Below are positions 49,301 to 61,745 of a stretch of DNA of 64,000 bases, in pieces; position 1 is the first letter of the stretch, and every line of letters starts with the position of its first letter. The notes beneath the pieces are model-generated. The model searched no databases. It worked only from the letters and a program-made list of their open reading frames with translations, and was not told the origin of the DNA. This DNA is from Hydrolagus colliei (taxonomy: Eukaryota): assembly GCA_035084275.1 (NCBI GenBank), contig CM068749.1, forward strand, positions 15,872,001 to 15,936,000, written 5' to 3'. The position numbers and the translations under genes were made by a program.

Positions 49301-50334
49301 TTTTCCCTAAACCCGAAAACATCATTTCACTGTGTATGTTCAATTTATTTATTGACACGTAGTGCACAACTGTTACATCGTAGGAGAGCAACCTAAACAT
49401 TTTTGGACATAGTTTAATGGGGTAGTTGAAATTTATACTTTATTTCTGCTTTCTTAAACCACAGATCGACAGCAACTGAGTTCAGTGCAGTAGTGCTGAA
49501 ATATTGCCCCCAAGAGGTATCTGAGGGACTGATGGCTTTCGATAGAGCTTTACGACAGAGGGCATTATCGCACATTAAAGGTCATTTTAGTAACCTAAAG
49601 CAAATAATTAAACACCAATGCCAAAAACAACTTGAATTGCTATTCATTTTACTGTGCCTTTGAGCCACATTCTTTGTTGTACTTGAATAGGGTGATTCTG
49701 TCAGACAGTGCTATGGCTAAATGTCTGAGCTGTGAGATGTCAAAGAGCAATATTTCAGTTTTGTTGTCCTGTGGCATATTGCGCCTTGGAGTATTACTCA
49801 TTGGAAATTCGGACAGCAGTAATGAAAACTGATTGAGTTTAGATCTTGCATCAGGCTTTTTGCTTCTTCGAAGGCCCCCATCAGCTATGCTCCAAAAGAG
49901 GATACAGTCACCTTGAATTATATTATTAATAACATTTGGTGCTCATAAGTCTAGTAAAGTATTCAGTCAGTCAATGTTCGATCTGACCTTGTGCCAGCAG
50001 AATCTTATTTTTTCTAACTGAGCAATATTATCCACATCTGTGTTGAAATATCTAGCCCCACTAGCCAAACATGCTACACACCCTGTTGTGCTATCAAATC
50101 AGACACTGTAAATCGCCTTCTGGAAACCATTGCCCACCCCACCCCCCCACCCCCCATAGTGATACTGCAAAGTCCCAAGCTCATGCAAAGCTCCTGTGCT
50201 GCCTCTGAACTGCAACCCAGTAACGCATCCACAGGAATGCTGGCAGACAGAGAACTTCTTTTCCCAACCCGCCTTTACTAAACTGTGGTAAATGAGACTG
50301 AACTGCAAGGAATTTTCCGAAAACCTGATCTTAT

Positions 50335-50762
50335 TCTGACCTATTCTAAAATTGTATTTGATATAGTATTTATAATACATCAAAGCGCTTCACAGGGAAC
50401 TGCAGTAAAGTGTAATGACTGTGCATGTGCCGAGACTACAGCCAATTTGTGCACTGTCATTGTTCGTAAACGACTATGAAATGAATGACCAATTTTATCT
50501 GGAAGAATTCTTGCCAAACACCAGGAGAAACTCTCTTTTCCTTTTGAAAAGTGCCATGGGGTTTTCAACATCCTCCTGAATAGGCAAGAGGGGGAACCTT
50601 GATTCAAAATCCTAGCTGAAGAACCATACCTCCAACAATACAGTGCTCCCCCAGCACTGCAATGAGTGTCAAAAAAGACGATAGCATCAAAAGCCTAAAT
50701 TGGGATTTGAACTCACAACTTCTGATCCAAAGCAAAAGTCTTCCAAACTGAGCCAAGCTGTC
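50335..50762 (-). mobile_element. Old near-full-length DeuSINE
   Basis: CAAAGCGCTTCACAG, CAGCCAATTTGTGCAC, CACCAGGAGAAACTC, GTGCCATGGG and head remnant GGGATTTGAACTCACAACTTCTGA...AACTGAGCCAAGCTG. Confidence 0.8.
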
Positions 50763-50984
50763 ACATAAGAGTGAAAAATAGAATGGAACCCCTTAATACA
50801 ATGCAACCGATAAAATTATGTGTTTTGTTTTAATTCGGGTTAGACTATAGACCAAATCGGTTGTAGACCTCAATTTTCTTTTAAATCCACAATGCATGCA
50901 AAAAGCAGAACAATTCGCTTCAAAATATCAGTTGGCTTCTTGCATGCTAAAATGCGGTTGACTTCTATGTCATTAAGTTGAAGC

Positions 50985-51245
50985 CTTGGGACATCCTGTG
51001 CGCTGGACACTGCTGAGCGCAATTTGGCTGCCGAGTTTCGCCCACAAATATACAGTCAATTCTCCTGCTGTCCTTCATCCTTCATCCTTCACCCTGCCCC
51101 GACCCCTCCCCCCCTACTCTTGTCCCTACCTGACTGTGCAGCGCCTTGGGACGTCCTCTCAATGTGAAAGGCGCTATATAAATGTAAGTTTTGATTGATT
51201 GATTGATCCTCCCGACGTGAAAGGAGCTCTAGAAATGGCACATTT
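50985..51245 (+). mobile_element. Main-family Deu core joined to an L2 3' end, followed by a second short tail
   Basis: GGACACTGCTGAGCGCAATTTGGCTGCCGAGTTTCGCCCACAAATATACAGTCAATT, then a C-rich L2 UTR and GCGCCTTGGGACGTCC...AAAGGCGCTATATAAATG (TTGA)n. Confidence 0.75.
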
Positions 51246-52671
51246 GCGGCAGACAGAACATGATGTTGGTGGTGATCTGATGATCTGGTCTTTTTAGCAC
51301 AGGAAGCTCACCTGCTTTCCATCTACATACATAATTAATGCAAATGTGCTGACTGGCGATCGTGCCCTAGTATAATGGTGGTTGGGATTTTATGGACCTC
51401 AACTAATATTATAATAAGGCCCCATTGTAATCCCTACTTCCTACTGTTTTCATCTGCCACCCCCACTGTAGCACTAAATCACAGAACTAACCTGAACAAC
51501 TCATTAGAAAAACACACACATGTATGTGGAAGGGAAAACTTCTGTATAACATTGTAAGGGCACAAATCAAATCTGTCTGGTTGAAGAAAACTGACTGAAG
51601 AGCAAAGTAAGTGTTGTCCACAAGCCATTTCTAAATGCATGTTCCTCCTCCTCTCGCTCTCTCTCATGTATCTGAGACATTCAGTTTTCTTGAGGTAAGC
51701 TATTCCATTCATCTTCACTAAGATAGGCAGCTCACATTCTATGATCAAAATCTTTTATGTCAGCATTCCGTAAAAAGTTGACATTGACAGTTTATTAGGA
51801 AATGTACAAACTTTTCTGTCAATTCATTGCTGCACCAATTGCCCACAATCTCCAACATGAATCAACTATTTAGTTTAAGATGCTATTGCACTGACTGGAT
51901 TTAGGTTGCTCCTTAAAGAGGGGCTGCATGATATTGTATATTGCCTTGTGAGCACCAGATTTTAGCATCTGGAGGCCACTCTAAATCAGTTAGATATGCA
52001 TACGGCTGCTTCTCAGTTACTTAAATTTTCATTTGTGGCGTTTTGCATGCATGCAAATTTGTTGGGATGATCAAACATTATAATACGTAAAACTCACATA
52101 CGGGGAAATTGCAAAGATCTGTCTTTTAGGATGGCAACAAAATGAACGTACAAATGCATCAAAGCTGCAAGTCATCACTTTGCAGTCTTTGAATGGAAAA
52201 CATTGTAATAATAGAATGCTAACTACAATATTCAGTGATGATCAGCTAAGATATTTCAAAGCAACCAAACAGTGCTGTTGACAATCAACATGGATTTCAT
52301 ACGAATAAACCAGTTTTGAAGTAAAATGTTAAAGGTGGAATGTACATTTGATGATCAAAGAAGCTCTTTCAATGTTAATGTGTTCACAAGAAAACTGGAA
52401 GTGGTGCTGGTAACCATTTGGGATTTTAATCCAAGGAAATTTGGTTTCAAACAGAAGTGTGGTTTGGCAAGTAAAGGCTTGCCTGTTAAATATGTTGATC
52501 AATGACTGTGTTGTTCCAAAGTTATCATGGACTCAAGAAGTTCAGAAACCTGCGAGGAGCCATCGTGGAGTTCATCCAAGTGGGCTTAGGTTTAAAAGAA
52601 AGCAAGATTGTGTTACTTAGACTTGAAACATTAAGCCCCAAAAAGACTGGCTAATGTTTTACGTAGATTAG

Positions 52672-53085
52672 AGAATTACATAGAATATGCAGCACAGAAA
52701 CACGCAATTTGGCCCAACTACTCTATACTAGTGTTCATGCTCTACATGAGCCTCCTCTTGCCCTTGCTCAACTAAGCCTACATGCATAACCTCCTATTCC
52801 TTTCTCCTTCATGTACTTATCTAGCTTCCCCTTAAAAGCATCTTTGCTATTCATCTTAACTACTCCTTGTGGTAGCAAGTTCCACATTCCCACCACTCCC
52901 TGGGTAAAGAGGTTTCTTCTGACTACCATAATAGATTAATTGGTGACTATTTTACAATGATGGCCCCGGGTTTTGGTCTCTACCACAAGTGGAAACATCT
53001 TTCTATGACTACCCCATCAAAACTTTCATAATTTTAAAGACCCCTATTAGATCACCCCTCAACCTTCTCTTTTCAAGAAAAAAGG
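52672..53085 (-). mobile_element. Older CR1 3' end
   Basis: Minus strand RRLRGDLI...LFTQGVVGMWNLLPQGVV...FKGKLDKYM and a 3' UTR ending CTGTGCTGCATATTCTATGTAATTCT. Confidence 0.85.
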
Positions 53086-53704
53086 GATTGAAATCCGCAT
53101 ACAAAGATTTTTGCTTTGAGATTATCCCCAATTTTCTCTTGTTTTCCTCCCCTCTCGTGAAGACATTTTAATTTAGTTTTCCTTCCACAGAGGTTCAATA
53201 CAAAGGGTGCCATATTGTACTTTATGCGAGTGGACATAATCATGTGTCAGCCTTAACAATGATTGTTAACAGGATTTTCAATCTCTTGGAGCATCATTGC
53301 TCAGTTGAATTTTACCCTTTCCCAATCTTTGCACAGGAGAATAATCAAGAATGGGTTCTTCAGTGATTTGTATCTACCCTTAACCAGACCTGGGAATGCT
53401 GAAATCTGATGGCATTTACTGCTCAGGCTTGGCTATGCAGAATGATTACATTGGGGAAGTAACCAAAGGACAAACACCTATGAAACCATATCATAGCATA
53501 GGCATACATTTGCAATAAAGAGAGCAAAAAAAAATTCTGTAACGTTTAAAAACCCATCTCTTTGCCCTTACTCATCCCGCCTCCAATCTGTCAGCCCTAC
53601 TCAGTTTCCAACTCTAGTTCAACAAAGCACTTTATCAGTTTTTCTAACATAAAATGTGCTATGTTAATTGAAGTTGTTGAAGGTAATTGTTTTGTGGGAT
53701 TCTC

Positions 53705-54175
53705 AGACACAAATCATAGTTGAAGTAGAGTTTGGAAATTATTTTGAAAGGGAGTTAATAATAATCCTTACACACGCTTTTCACATCTTCTAGACGTATC
53801 AAAGCACTTCTCAGGATATACTGTAAAGTGAATTGACTGTACATTTGTGGGTGAATTGCGCACCCCAGTGTCCCACAAATATTGGATTGAGTGACCAAAT
53901 TTTTTTTTGAGGGATTATTATTAAGCATGTGGAGAAAGGAAACTTGCCCAAGGTTTTGGCCTGCCTGGAATTGAACCTAGGTCTCTTGTCTGCGAAATGA
54001 GTGCTCTAACCACTGAGCTACAGGACTCCAGTGAACATATTCTTGAAGGGAAGGAATGTAACAAGTTTTGGGAGTGAACAGGCAAATGGGATTGGGTTGC
54101 CTCGGGGAGTAAAGCATCAGTGCATCAGTCACGTGATGGGTTCAATGGCCTGTTTCTTTGCTGCAACATTGAATG
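53705..54175 (+). mobile_element. Old CR1 3' end split by the SINE at 53757-54030
   Basis: GTTGAAGTAGAG...TTGAAAGGGAGTT on the left; GAACAGGCAAATGGGATTG...GATGGGTTCAATGGCCTG on the right. Confidence 0.6.
53757..54030 (-). mobile_element. Full-length main-family SINE with small deletions
   Basis: Tail, Deu core and head ...GTGCTCTAACCACTGAGCTACAGGACTCCA. Confidence 0.9.
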
Positions 54176-55471
54176 ATGCTTTCAATCAATTCAGGAGATG
54201 AGTTGAGGGAGAGCAGAAGAAAAAATATCACAAATAAAACCCATTTGAGACAGGCACTGACAAAATAATAGTACTACATAAAAAAAACTAGTTGCAGCAA
54301 TAAATTAATATATAAGTACATTCAACTCCACTTTGCCGAATATCTGACAATGAATATTTCTCTTAAGTGGCTCGAGAGAGAAGGTTGTGCACTCTTAACT
54401 AAAGTAGACCATATCTGTAAATCTCTGAAGTGTGGGGATCTATGAAGAGCATTTGTAAAAAAAAACCTCAGCAAAATACAGGACAGTATATGGTAAGCTT
54501 GACAAAAAGGCTGCTTGAACGTATTGAAGGTTTAATGATACAAATTACGCAAAATCCTGTAGTTTGAGGAGTACTCTTTAGTGGTTCAGCATGCTTAGCA
54601 CAACATTTATTTTCAACAGCTGCGGCATGAAACCATTTTAGTAAGCATTTGCCTTAATGCATATAAATCCTGTAAGAAGGATAACTGCAAAGGGAATGTG
54701 TCGTTTTTTTTTCCTCCTGATGCAGTAACACAATATCAAATGTATTAAAAAGACGCAAAACAACATGATCCTGCAGTACGTGCTCGAGCATAATCGGTCG
54801 GCACGTGCTGAATGATGACATTCATTGCCTTATTGTTGAATATCCTACAAAGTAAACCTGGATGCATTTGAATTGTTCAGGACAAGCACCTCATGGTTGG
54901 CATGTGTTGTGGAAATTTATGCGCACTAACTGTTTGATATAAATCTTCACATCCCTTCAGATATTTAGTTCTCAGGCTCCGCAGTTGGATGTGCGGACTG
55001 ACTCTGAGATTGAAGAGTTGAATTTATGTAACAAAACTGTTTTAAAAGGAAGAATAAAACGTAGTTTGTGAGTGTTTGGCAATTGCAGTAAAACAATGTA
55101 CAAATACTGTATTCCGCAGTTCATCCCTGCAGTACAATCCTGGTTTAACACGTCACAACCACCTAAGCCATTTTACTGATCCGGCCACATTTTTCCAAAA
55201 TAAATATACCTATTTATTTGTTCATATACATTTACGCTTGTCACAGACAGAATGAAACCCATTACAGAAAAGAAGACGCAACATGTTAACACATTACAGG
55301 AAGCTCTGCACACAGGGACCAAGGCTTCCCCACCTCGGGGTTCTGCCAACTTTTACAAGGTACAGTTACAATTGGGGTCTTGTAATCCCCTCCTTATCCC
55401 TTCCCGCCATAGTGGGGAGTGTGGACAGATTCACAGCACACAGGTTGACCTGGTCCCATTTATAAATAAAA

Positions 55472-55786
55472 AATAATAATCCTTGCATTTGACATAGAGC
55501 TTTTCACATCTTCTAGACATCTCAAAGCGCTTCACACAACATAGTGTCAAGTAAATTAACTATATATTTGTGGGTGAAACGCGGCAGCCAATTGCGCACA
55601 GCAGTGTCCCACAAACAGTCGTGGATTGAAATGACCAATTTTATTATTGTTTTTTTTTGGAGGGATTATTATAAGGCGTGTGGAGTAAGGAAACTTGCCC
55701 AAGGTTTCACCCTGAGCTGCCTGGGTTCGAACACAGGTCTCACGCTTGTAAGGCGAGTGCTGTAACCACTGAGCTACAGGACTCCA
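55472..55786 (-). mobile_element. Best-preserved full-length main-family SINE, with 7-bp TSD
   Basis: Head TGGAGTCCTGTAGCTCAGTGGTTACAGCACTCGCCTTACAAGCGTGAGACCTGTGTTCGAACCCAGG; ATAAATA at 55462-55468 and 55786-55792. Confidence 0.93.
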
Positions 55787-55867
55787 TAAATATTGAATTG
55801 CATATTTATACATATCCTAACTAGCCACACCTGATAACTTGTCATTGAGTTATCAGGAGTTTACTGT

Positions 55868-56005
55868 ATCTCTCACCCTCTTTCTCTCTCTCTCTCTTTG
55901 TTTCTCTCTCTTTCCTTTTGTATCTCTCTCTCTCTCTGTGCATTTCTCTATCTCTGACTCTGTGTCTCTCTTTCTTTACATCTCTAATCTCTTTCTCTGT
56001 CTGTC
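55868..56005. repeat. Degenerate (CT)n microsatellite
   Basis: Interrupted TC dinucleotide runs over ~135 bp. Confidence 0.9.
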
Positions 56006-59000
56006 ATGTATAAGTTGATTCATTCCTGTTCATGTTACTTTGCATGAACAGTACTTCTGTTCCCACTATCACTACAGGACAAGATTACACCGTAAGCTGC
56101 TTTTAGTGGACTTATGGCAGATTTATCCACTATGAATGATATGTGGAAGCCAGCATTTAGATGGCAGAGAAAAAATCCCATTTCTTGCTCCTGCTGCAGG
56201 TTGGATCAATTGTCTTGGTGGCCCTGATCACCCATCAGTTGGTTGAAAAATCGGGTCTGTGGAGTGAAGTCAATTGGGAGCTGGAAAAGTTAGTCAGAAT
56301 GGTTGGGTGGCATGGAGGTGCTTCGCTATAGTCATTACTGTGGCGGGAGAACAGGCTGTAGGATCAGAGTCCATTTCAAGAGCTGTGGAATGTGGTTTCT
56401 CCAGAAAAAGAGCTTGGTTCGGGGTTTACTAGATTTGCTGTCTCTGCAAACCATGGACGTTATACATGGAGCCTTCTATATGCTGATAATGCACAAGTTG
56501 TTCACTGCACAGAAAGATGGAGAATTATTTATTTCAAGTCTCACTGCAAAGATTAGTCTGCACTAGAAGCTGCCTGTGAATTTGGAGACTGAATCTCAAT
56601 TGTGCTCAAATATCTTGCTTGTCAAATTCTCCTTAAAACATCATAACCATATTGGGTGAACCCCTTTGTGCTAGCATTTTAGGAAAATGTTTCTTGCTTC
56701 AGAATACATTTCCTTCCCTCCTGTCTTAATGGGGCTGAGTTATTCCGTGCTCTAGTTTTCCAGGATCCTCCCTGTACCCTGACTGCTCTTGCTGTGCAAA
56801 CCTATCTGAACAGTGAGCATCAACAGTCTATCCAATGGCATGTATCTATCTACACCACTTTGGTATCATTAGCAAATTTACCTCAGAAACTGTTTGTTGT
56901 GGATTTTTTAAAATGTATTTCTCCAAATACATTTGGCCAATTTATAGAAATAATACCTTGTGTGTGTGTGAATGAGTGAGTTTGTGAGAAAGAAGGAAAG
57001 AAATAAGAGGATATTTTATGCTCATACAGTGACATTTCTATCGTCAATATACGGTATTCTGATCAAAAATCATTAAAGTAATAGGCACCGCTGGCTGTTT
57101 CCCTGAATTATGATTGTTGCCAATTTTAGCAAGCAATGTTATAATCTCTCAGGATTGAATTGACGTGATTAAGTGCCATTTAGGATATTACCAGAGCGGG
57201 ATTTACGAAGAAATGATTTTAACCAGAAAAGGGGATTATTTAACTCAAAACATTTAATCCACTCCTAATGTGATCTTGCTGCCCTTTTTTTAAAAATAAA
57301 CTATAAAATCAATCATTTAATTGTGGGAAATGGGCGGGGTTAAGAGCATCACCTTGTTTTATAAATGAGATCATCCAAGTCTGGAGCCGTTAGATGTCTA
57401 ATTGTTCAGTTTTATGAGGCAAGTTAATTGTTTTAGTGTCCCCTCCATGGCAGGAGAAGGAAGCTGACTTGAATTTTAATAATGCTCTTAAAATTCTGGT
57501 GGCTTGTTTTTCATCATGCATCAGCCTCATAATATCATTCACATGAAAGATGGAAACTAGCTCTATTGTAGATTTCTCATTATTCTTCACTAGGAAAGCA
57601 GTCATAAAAATGTGTGAACTCCGAAATATATTTTTAAAAAACCTCAAAGTCTGGCCCATTTTATAGTCATTATGTGTGTGTGTGTGTGTTTTGTTTAGAA
57701 TACATGACAATTGTCAGACTTATGTTGACTCTGCGATTGACGTAACAAAAATTAAGAGAAGGGTTTCACTTCCTTTTTGCCAGCATCTAATATATCTTTG
57801 GAATAATAAATTAAATATTTGTGGCTATTCCCTGGGAGGTGAAAGCATTGTCCAAAATCATCCTCTAGCAGCCAAAATAATTATCTAGTTTAACTTCTAA
57901 ATCCATTTGAATTATGTAGATGGAGCTTTTATTCTGTCAGGCTGGGCTGGATATGAACCCAGATTCTGCAGATGAAAGGACATGATGCCACCCATTCTGC
58001 CATTATTAATATTGATCTTGTGTTGTTGCAGTCAGCCATCATATTAATATTCATTTTTATTTATGTTTCTCTTTTTTATGCTCATCACTGGGGAATGGAA
58101 TAATTCCACTTTTGGCAGCCAGTGACAGCACCATGCATTCTCAGGCCAAGTAAGGCCAGGACCGATGCAGAATAAAGTTCCTTTTGCTCTGCCCCAACAA
58201 GGTACCATATGTTGCAAATATACGAGCGGGAGTGAATCTACTCCACCAGATGTGTAGCAGGAAACTGGATTTATACCTCTCACTCCATGTCACTTTCAAT
58301 CGGGTCAGGAATATTCAAACATCTGATTCCGGTGCTTTGCAAGTGAGCACCAGTGCGGGACCCTGAATAGTGCTCAAATATTATATCATTTGTCATTTAT
58401 TATCATTTGTCTTTTAGATCCGCTATGTACATATTATCGAAGAGCCGGTCACAAGGTCCAGAGAGTGACCCAAGTGCATTCAGTTTGTCCCATGGGAGGG
58501 AGCCTAGTGTCATTTGCGCCCTTGTGGTTGTACTGAGCAAGTCTTAATTCATTAATGCACTCATTTTAGATAGTGTTGGGAGCATGACTTGTACTGACCG
58601 AGTCCCTATTTCTGTTGAATATTTGGAATCAAATCACTGTCTAACTTGTGTTGATTTATCAGTTAGTGTGCAGTACGAACAATAGATTGATCTCAAGCTC
58701 AGAAGAACACCACAACTGCACCAGTATGAAATTTTCCATTTTCCAGCATGAATCATTGTCTTGGCCATATTGAGCAACACTAAATGATCAGCCTTTTGCC
58801 TGGGCTTGTGACCATGAAGAGTGGAGTGAGACTGTCCGAATGTCTTTCCCCTGAGGCCTTTCCAGCCATCAGATAGAAAAAACCTTCATACATTCAGTGT
58901 AGGCTGGATTCAAGTCTTTGTCCCAGAGGCAAAAACAACAGTGCGCTTTGCAAGCTCCTGTTATTAATAGTTGTTGATCTTCAATAATTGAACACAAACA

Positions 59001-60149
59001 CATTGTGAATATTTCACCTTCAGGTTACATTGAAGGTTTAATTTAACCCAATAGTTTTCAACTACATAGCCTCCCACTCTTGTCACTATCTCTGTTGTAC
59101 GTACGGTCGGCAGTTTAAACTGCAATCTTTTTTACAGCCTCAGTTTGTGTTCTAAGATTATCTGACAGTATGTGGGGTGGTGGGCGAGGGATGGTTAGCA
59201 CACCTGCTAATCCCTTTTCCACTAGCCTGGAGACCTGCAAAATGGGATCCACATTAGTAATTTGAGTCTGAAATAACTAGTTGCTTGAGGTCACTCTAAC
59301 GTGCGGTGGGTCAACACAACATGGGTCAACATAATGTACCATGGGTCAACACAACACACTTCCGGTTCCCGACAGGAGTCCTCTGTTAGAAATTTTGTCT
59401 TTTAGATCCTCTGTGTACAATATGAAATGGTGAAAAAATACACCACAGCCCAAGTCAAAGTTCAGCACGGGCTAGGTTTGAATGGTAGCAACCTATGAAT
59501 GGATTCACTCCAGCAATTGGGCTGCATTGAGCTCAGGGAAATTGATGCCACTGGAAAGTTTGCTTGTGCTCTGCATGCCTATGCTTGTGTCGGAGCCTTT
59601 TGTTTGCTCAATCGTTTGATACCTGTCCCTTGAGACGTTTAAGGGCAGAAGTCAGTTTAGTGCTGTGGTTCTCCTGTGCATCTTGCATCATTAGTTCCAA
59701 TTCCTGTATGTACTGGGAATGTATAAAATGAATAGCAGAGAATGCGAGAAATTGATCTCTCACTGCCTTGCACATTATGGAATATTGTTTCTCTGAATTG
59801 TTGCTGTTGTGGTAGATTATATGCATCAAGCTGAAGAGGAAGGAGTCACATTTTTAGTCCCACTTTCATACTTTAGGGTCAAAGGTCTAGTCCAAATCAA
59901 ACATCAAGCAGCCTCATAAACTATTTATTCCCCAAGAATCACAGGAAAAGGTCAGTTTCCAGTCAAGAAAAGCTTTGTGTTGCTTTAGATTTATTTTTCA
60001 GCTTTGTGCTCTCAATTAAATGATTTGTTTCTGTTATAAAGACAGCACCCACTGTAGTGTTATACACCGGGGGTGGGGGGGGGGGGGTCACAGAATCATA
60101 ACTGTCTCTACTGATATAGTCAATTTCATTCATCGTAAAATTTGCCGTG

Positions 60150-60330
60150 CTACAATTTGCTTCAAAGCTAGAGAGAAAGAATCAGGCAGGATTTCTTTTC
60201 CTGATTGTTATTGTCTTGGTTGGGAGATATTGCCTTGTTTGAAGTGCTCTGTATAAATGCACGTTGTTGGAGAGTGTGCGCAAGTGGGCATTGGGTGAGG
60301 TCAGGAATAAGCTTGACTAAGTTGCTTCAT
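60150..60330 (+). mobile_element. Ancient unclassified SINE-like repeat (second family)
   Basis: GCTAGAGAGAAAGAATCAGGCAGGATTTCTTTTCCTGA matches the reverse complement of 30570-30600. Confidence 0.45.
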
Positions 60331-60639
60331 GTCATCAAAGGGTCTGGCAACATGCATCTCAAGGCTCATTCATGTAAGTGCCCACTAGTACAAGGTACTA
60401 TACTAGAGGGAAGCTGGCATGTGTAGAACTTTATTCAAGCAAGCCACAGGCTTCAGGAGAGATGGGCCTGAAAATCAACGATTTAAGTAAACAAATCTGC
60501 ATCATTTGTATATTTTTCATTTTGTTTCAACGCCTTTTTTTCTTGCTCATCTTTACTGCTTCTAGCCATAATCATTTAGTCTCATTGGATCACGGAGTGA
60601 GATATGGTGTGGCTTCAGGCTTTGCAACGCCCACCATCT

Positions 60640-60860
60640 GTGAGTCTCTATGACTGACTGAGAGTGTCCGCTTCTGGGGAGTGCTCTTGGCCCTTTGCTT
60701 GTTTTCTCTGTTCTGCCTCCTTGTCCCAAAACATATGGAGTGTTCTGCTGTCATCAAGCCTTCCAGTCAGAGGCCAAGAAGCCCAATGATGGATGTCCCC
60801 AGAGGACATTTGGGTTTGAAGTTGAGAACGAGGTCCCAGGTTAACCCCGATCCGTGTTTA
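60640..60860 (-). mobile_element. Possible RTE-like LINE 3' fragment
   Basis: Shares CATCATTGGGCTTCTT with 19415; ends in a purine-rich coiled-coil-like stretch (GGAGGCAGAACAGAGAAAACAAGCAAAGG) typical of RTE C-termini. Confidence 0.35.
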
Positions 60861-61594
60861 ATTAATTGATCTCATCCAGGGCAGCAAATGTAGTGTTGGA
60901 ACTGTCCTCGGTATTCTGAATTATGAGGGACAAAGACAACCATGGTTCCCACTTTTGATTATTGTCCAGTCCCACCCGCTGTAGGTAGGGTTTGGAGGGA
61001 AATTGGGTGTGTACACGATTGAGCTGTACTGTGAAGTGGCCAAACAAGCTGCCAGTACATGACTGGCAAGACTCACCTCGGAAGATTGGCAACTCGAGTG
61101 ACAAACAACAGGGAGTCCAGTTAAAATGGTAAAGGGGTCAAAAAAACTTCAGAGGTGGAGAGGAAATGGGCAAAAAGAAAAAAGGAAATTGGTTTTCGAC
61201 TGTCATTTGAAGTGGAGCTATTTTTTGAGGTTTGACTGAACCATTTACTTGTTAATTTAATGAATTTTTATTTGTTGCTATTATTGTATAAAAGGTAATA
61301 CTGATGGTACAGTAAAACTCAGATACATCCCAGGTAGAGGTCTACAAGTCATTTTGTAGTGCGGTGTTTCAGAGCTATAAAAGTATATACCCCACGTTAT
61401 AACAGGTCTGCAAATGAAATTGACTGTCGGTCTCACTTTCGGGTCATAGTGTCATTGCTGGAGCCACTTCTGAGTTCGTGTATATGCAACTTGGAAGATG
61501 GTCAGTCCATCACAACCATTCTCATGAGTGTTTAAGGAACTCAAAATATTCTAGAGAGCACCTGATCGGTCAGATTTCCAAGCTCATGTGCATT

Positions 61595-61745
61595 TTAAAC
61601 ATTAGTAGGAAGTTCTCTGGTGTCCTGCCCAGTATTTCTTTCTGATCCAAATTTACCCCTAACCAGATTAATTGAACTTTCCTCACATTATTCCTCGTGG
61701 GATATTGCTGACACAGATTCATCGCCACGCTTGCTGACGTAAGTC
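61595..61745 (+). mobile_element. Old Deu-domain fragment
   Basis: GGAAGTTCTCTGGTGTCCTGCCCAGTATTT...GTGGGATATTGCTG. Confidence 0.6.

Noticed and set aside
55713-55786. Functional tRNA-Val(TAC) gene
   Set aside because: Acceptor and T stems do not pair properly, and it continues into a Deu core and L2 tail with a TSD, so it is a SINE head.
59608-59829. Minus ORF (QELELMMQDAQENHSTKLTSALKRLK) as a host coiled-coil exon or LINE remnant
   Set aside because: Similarity is too vague to assign and there are no convincing splice sites.
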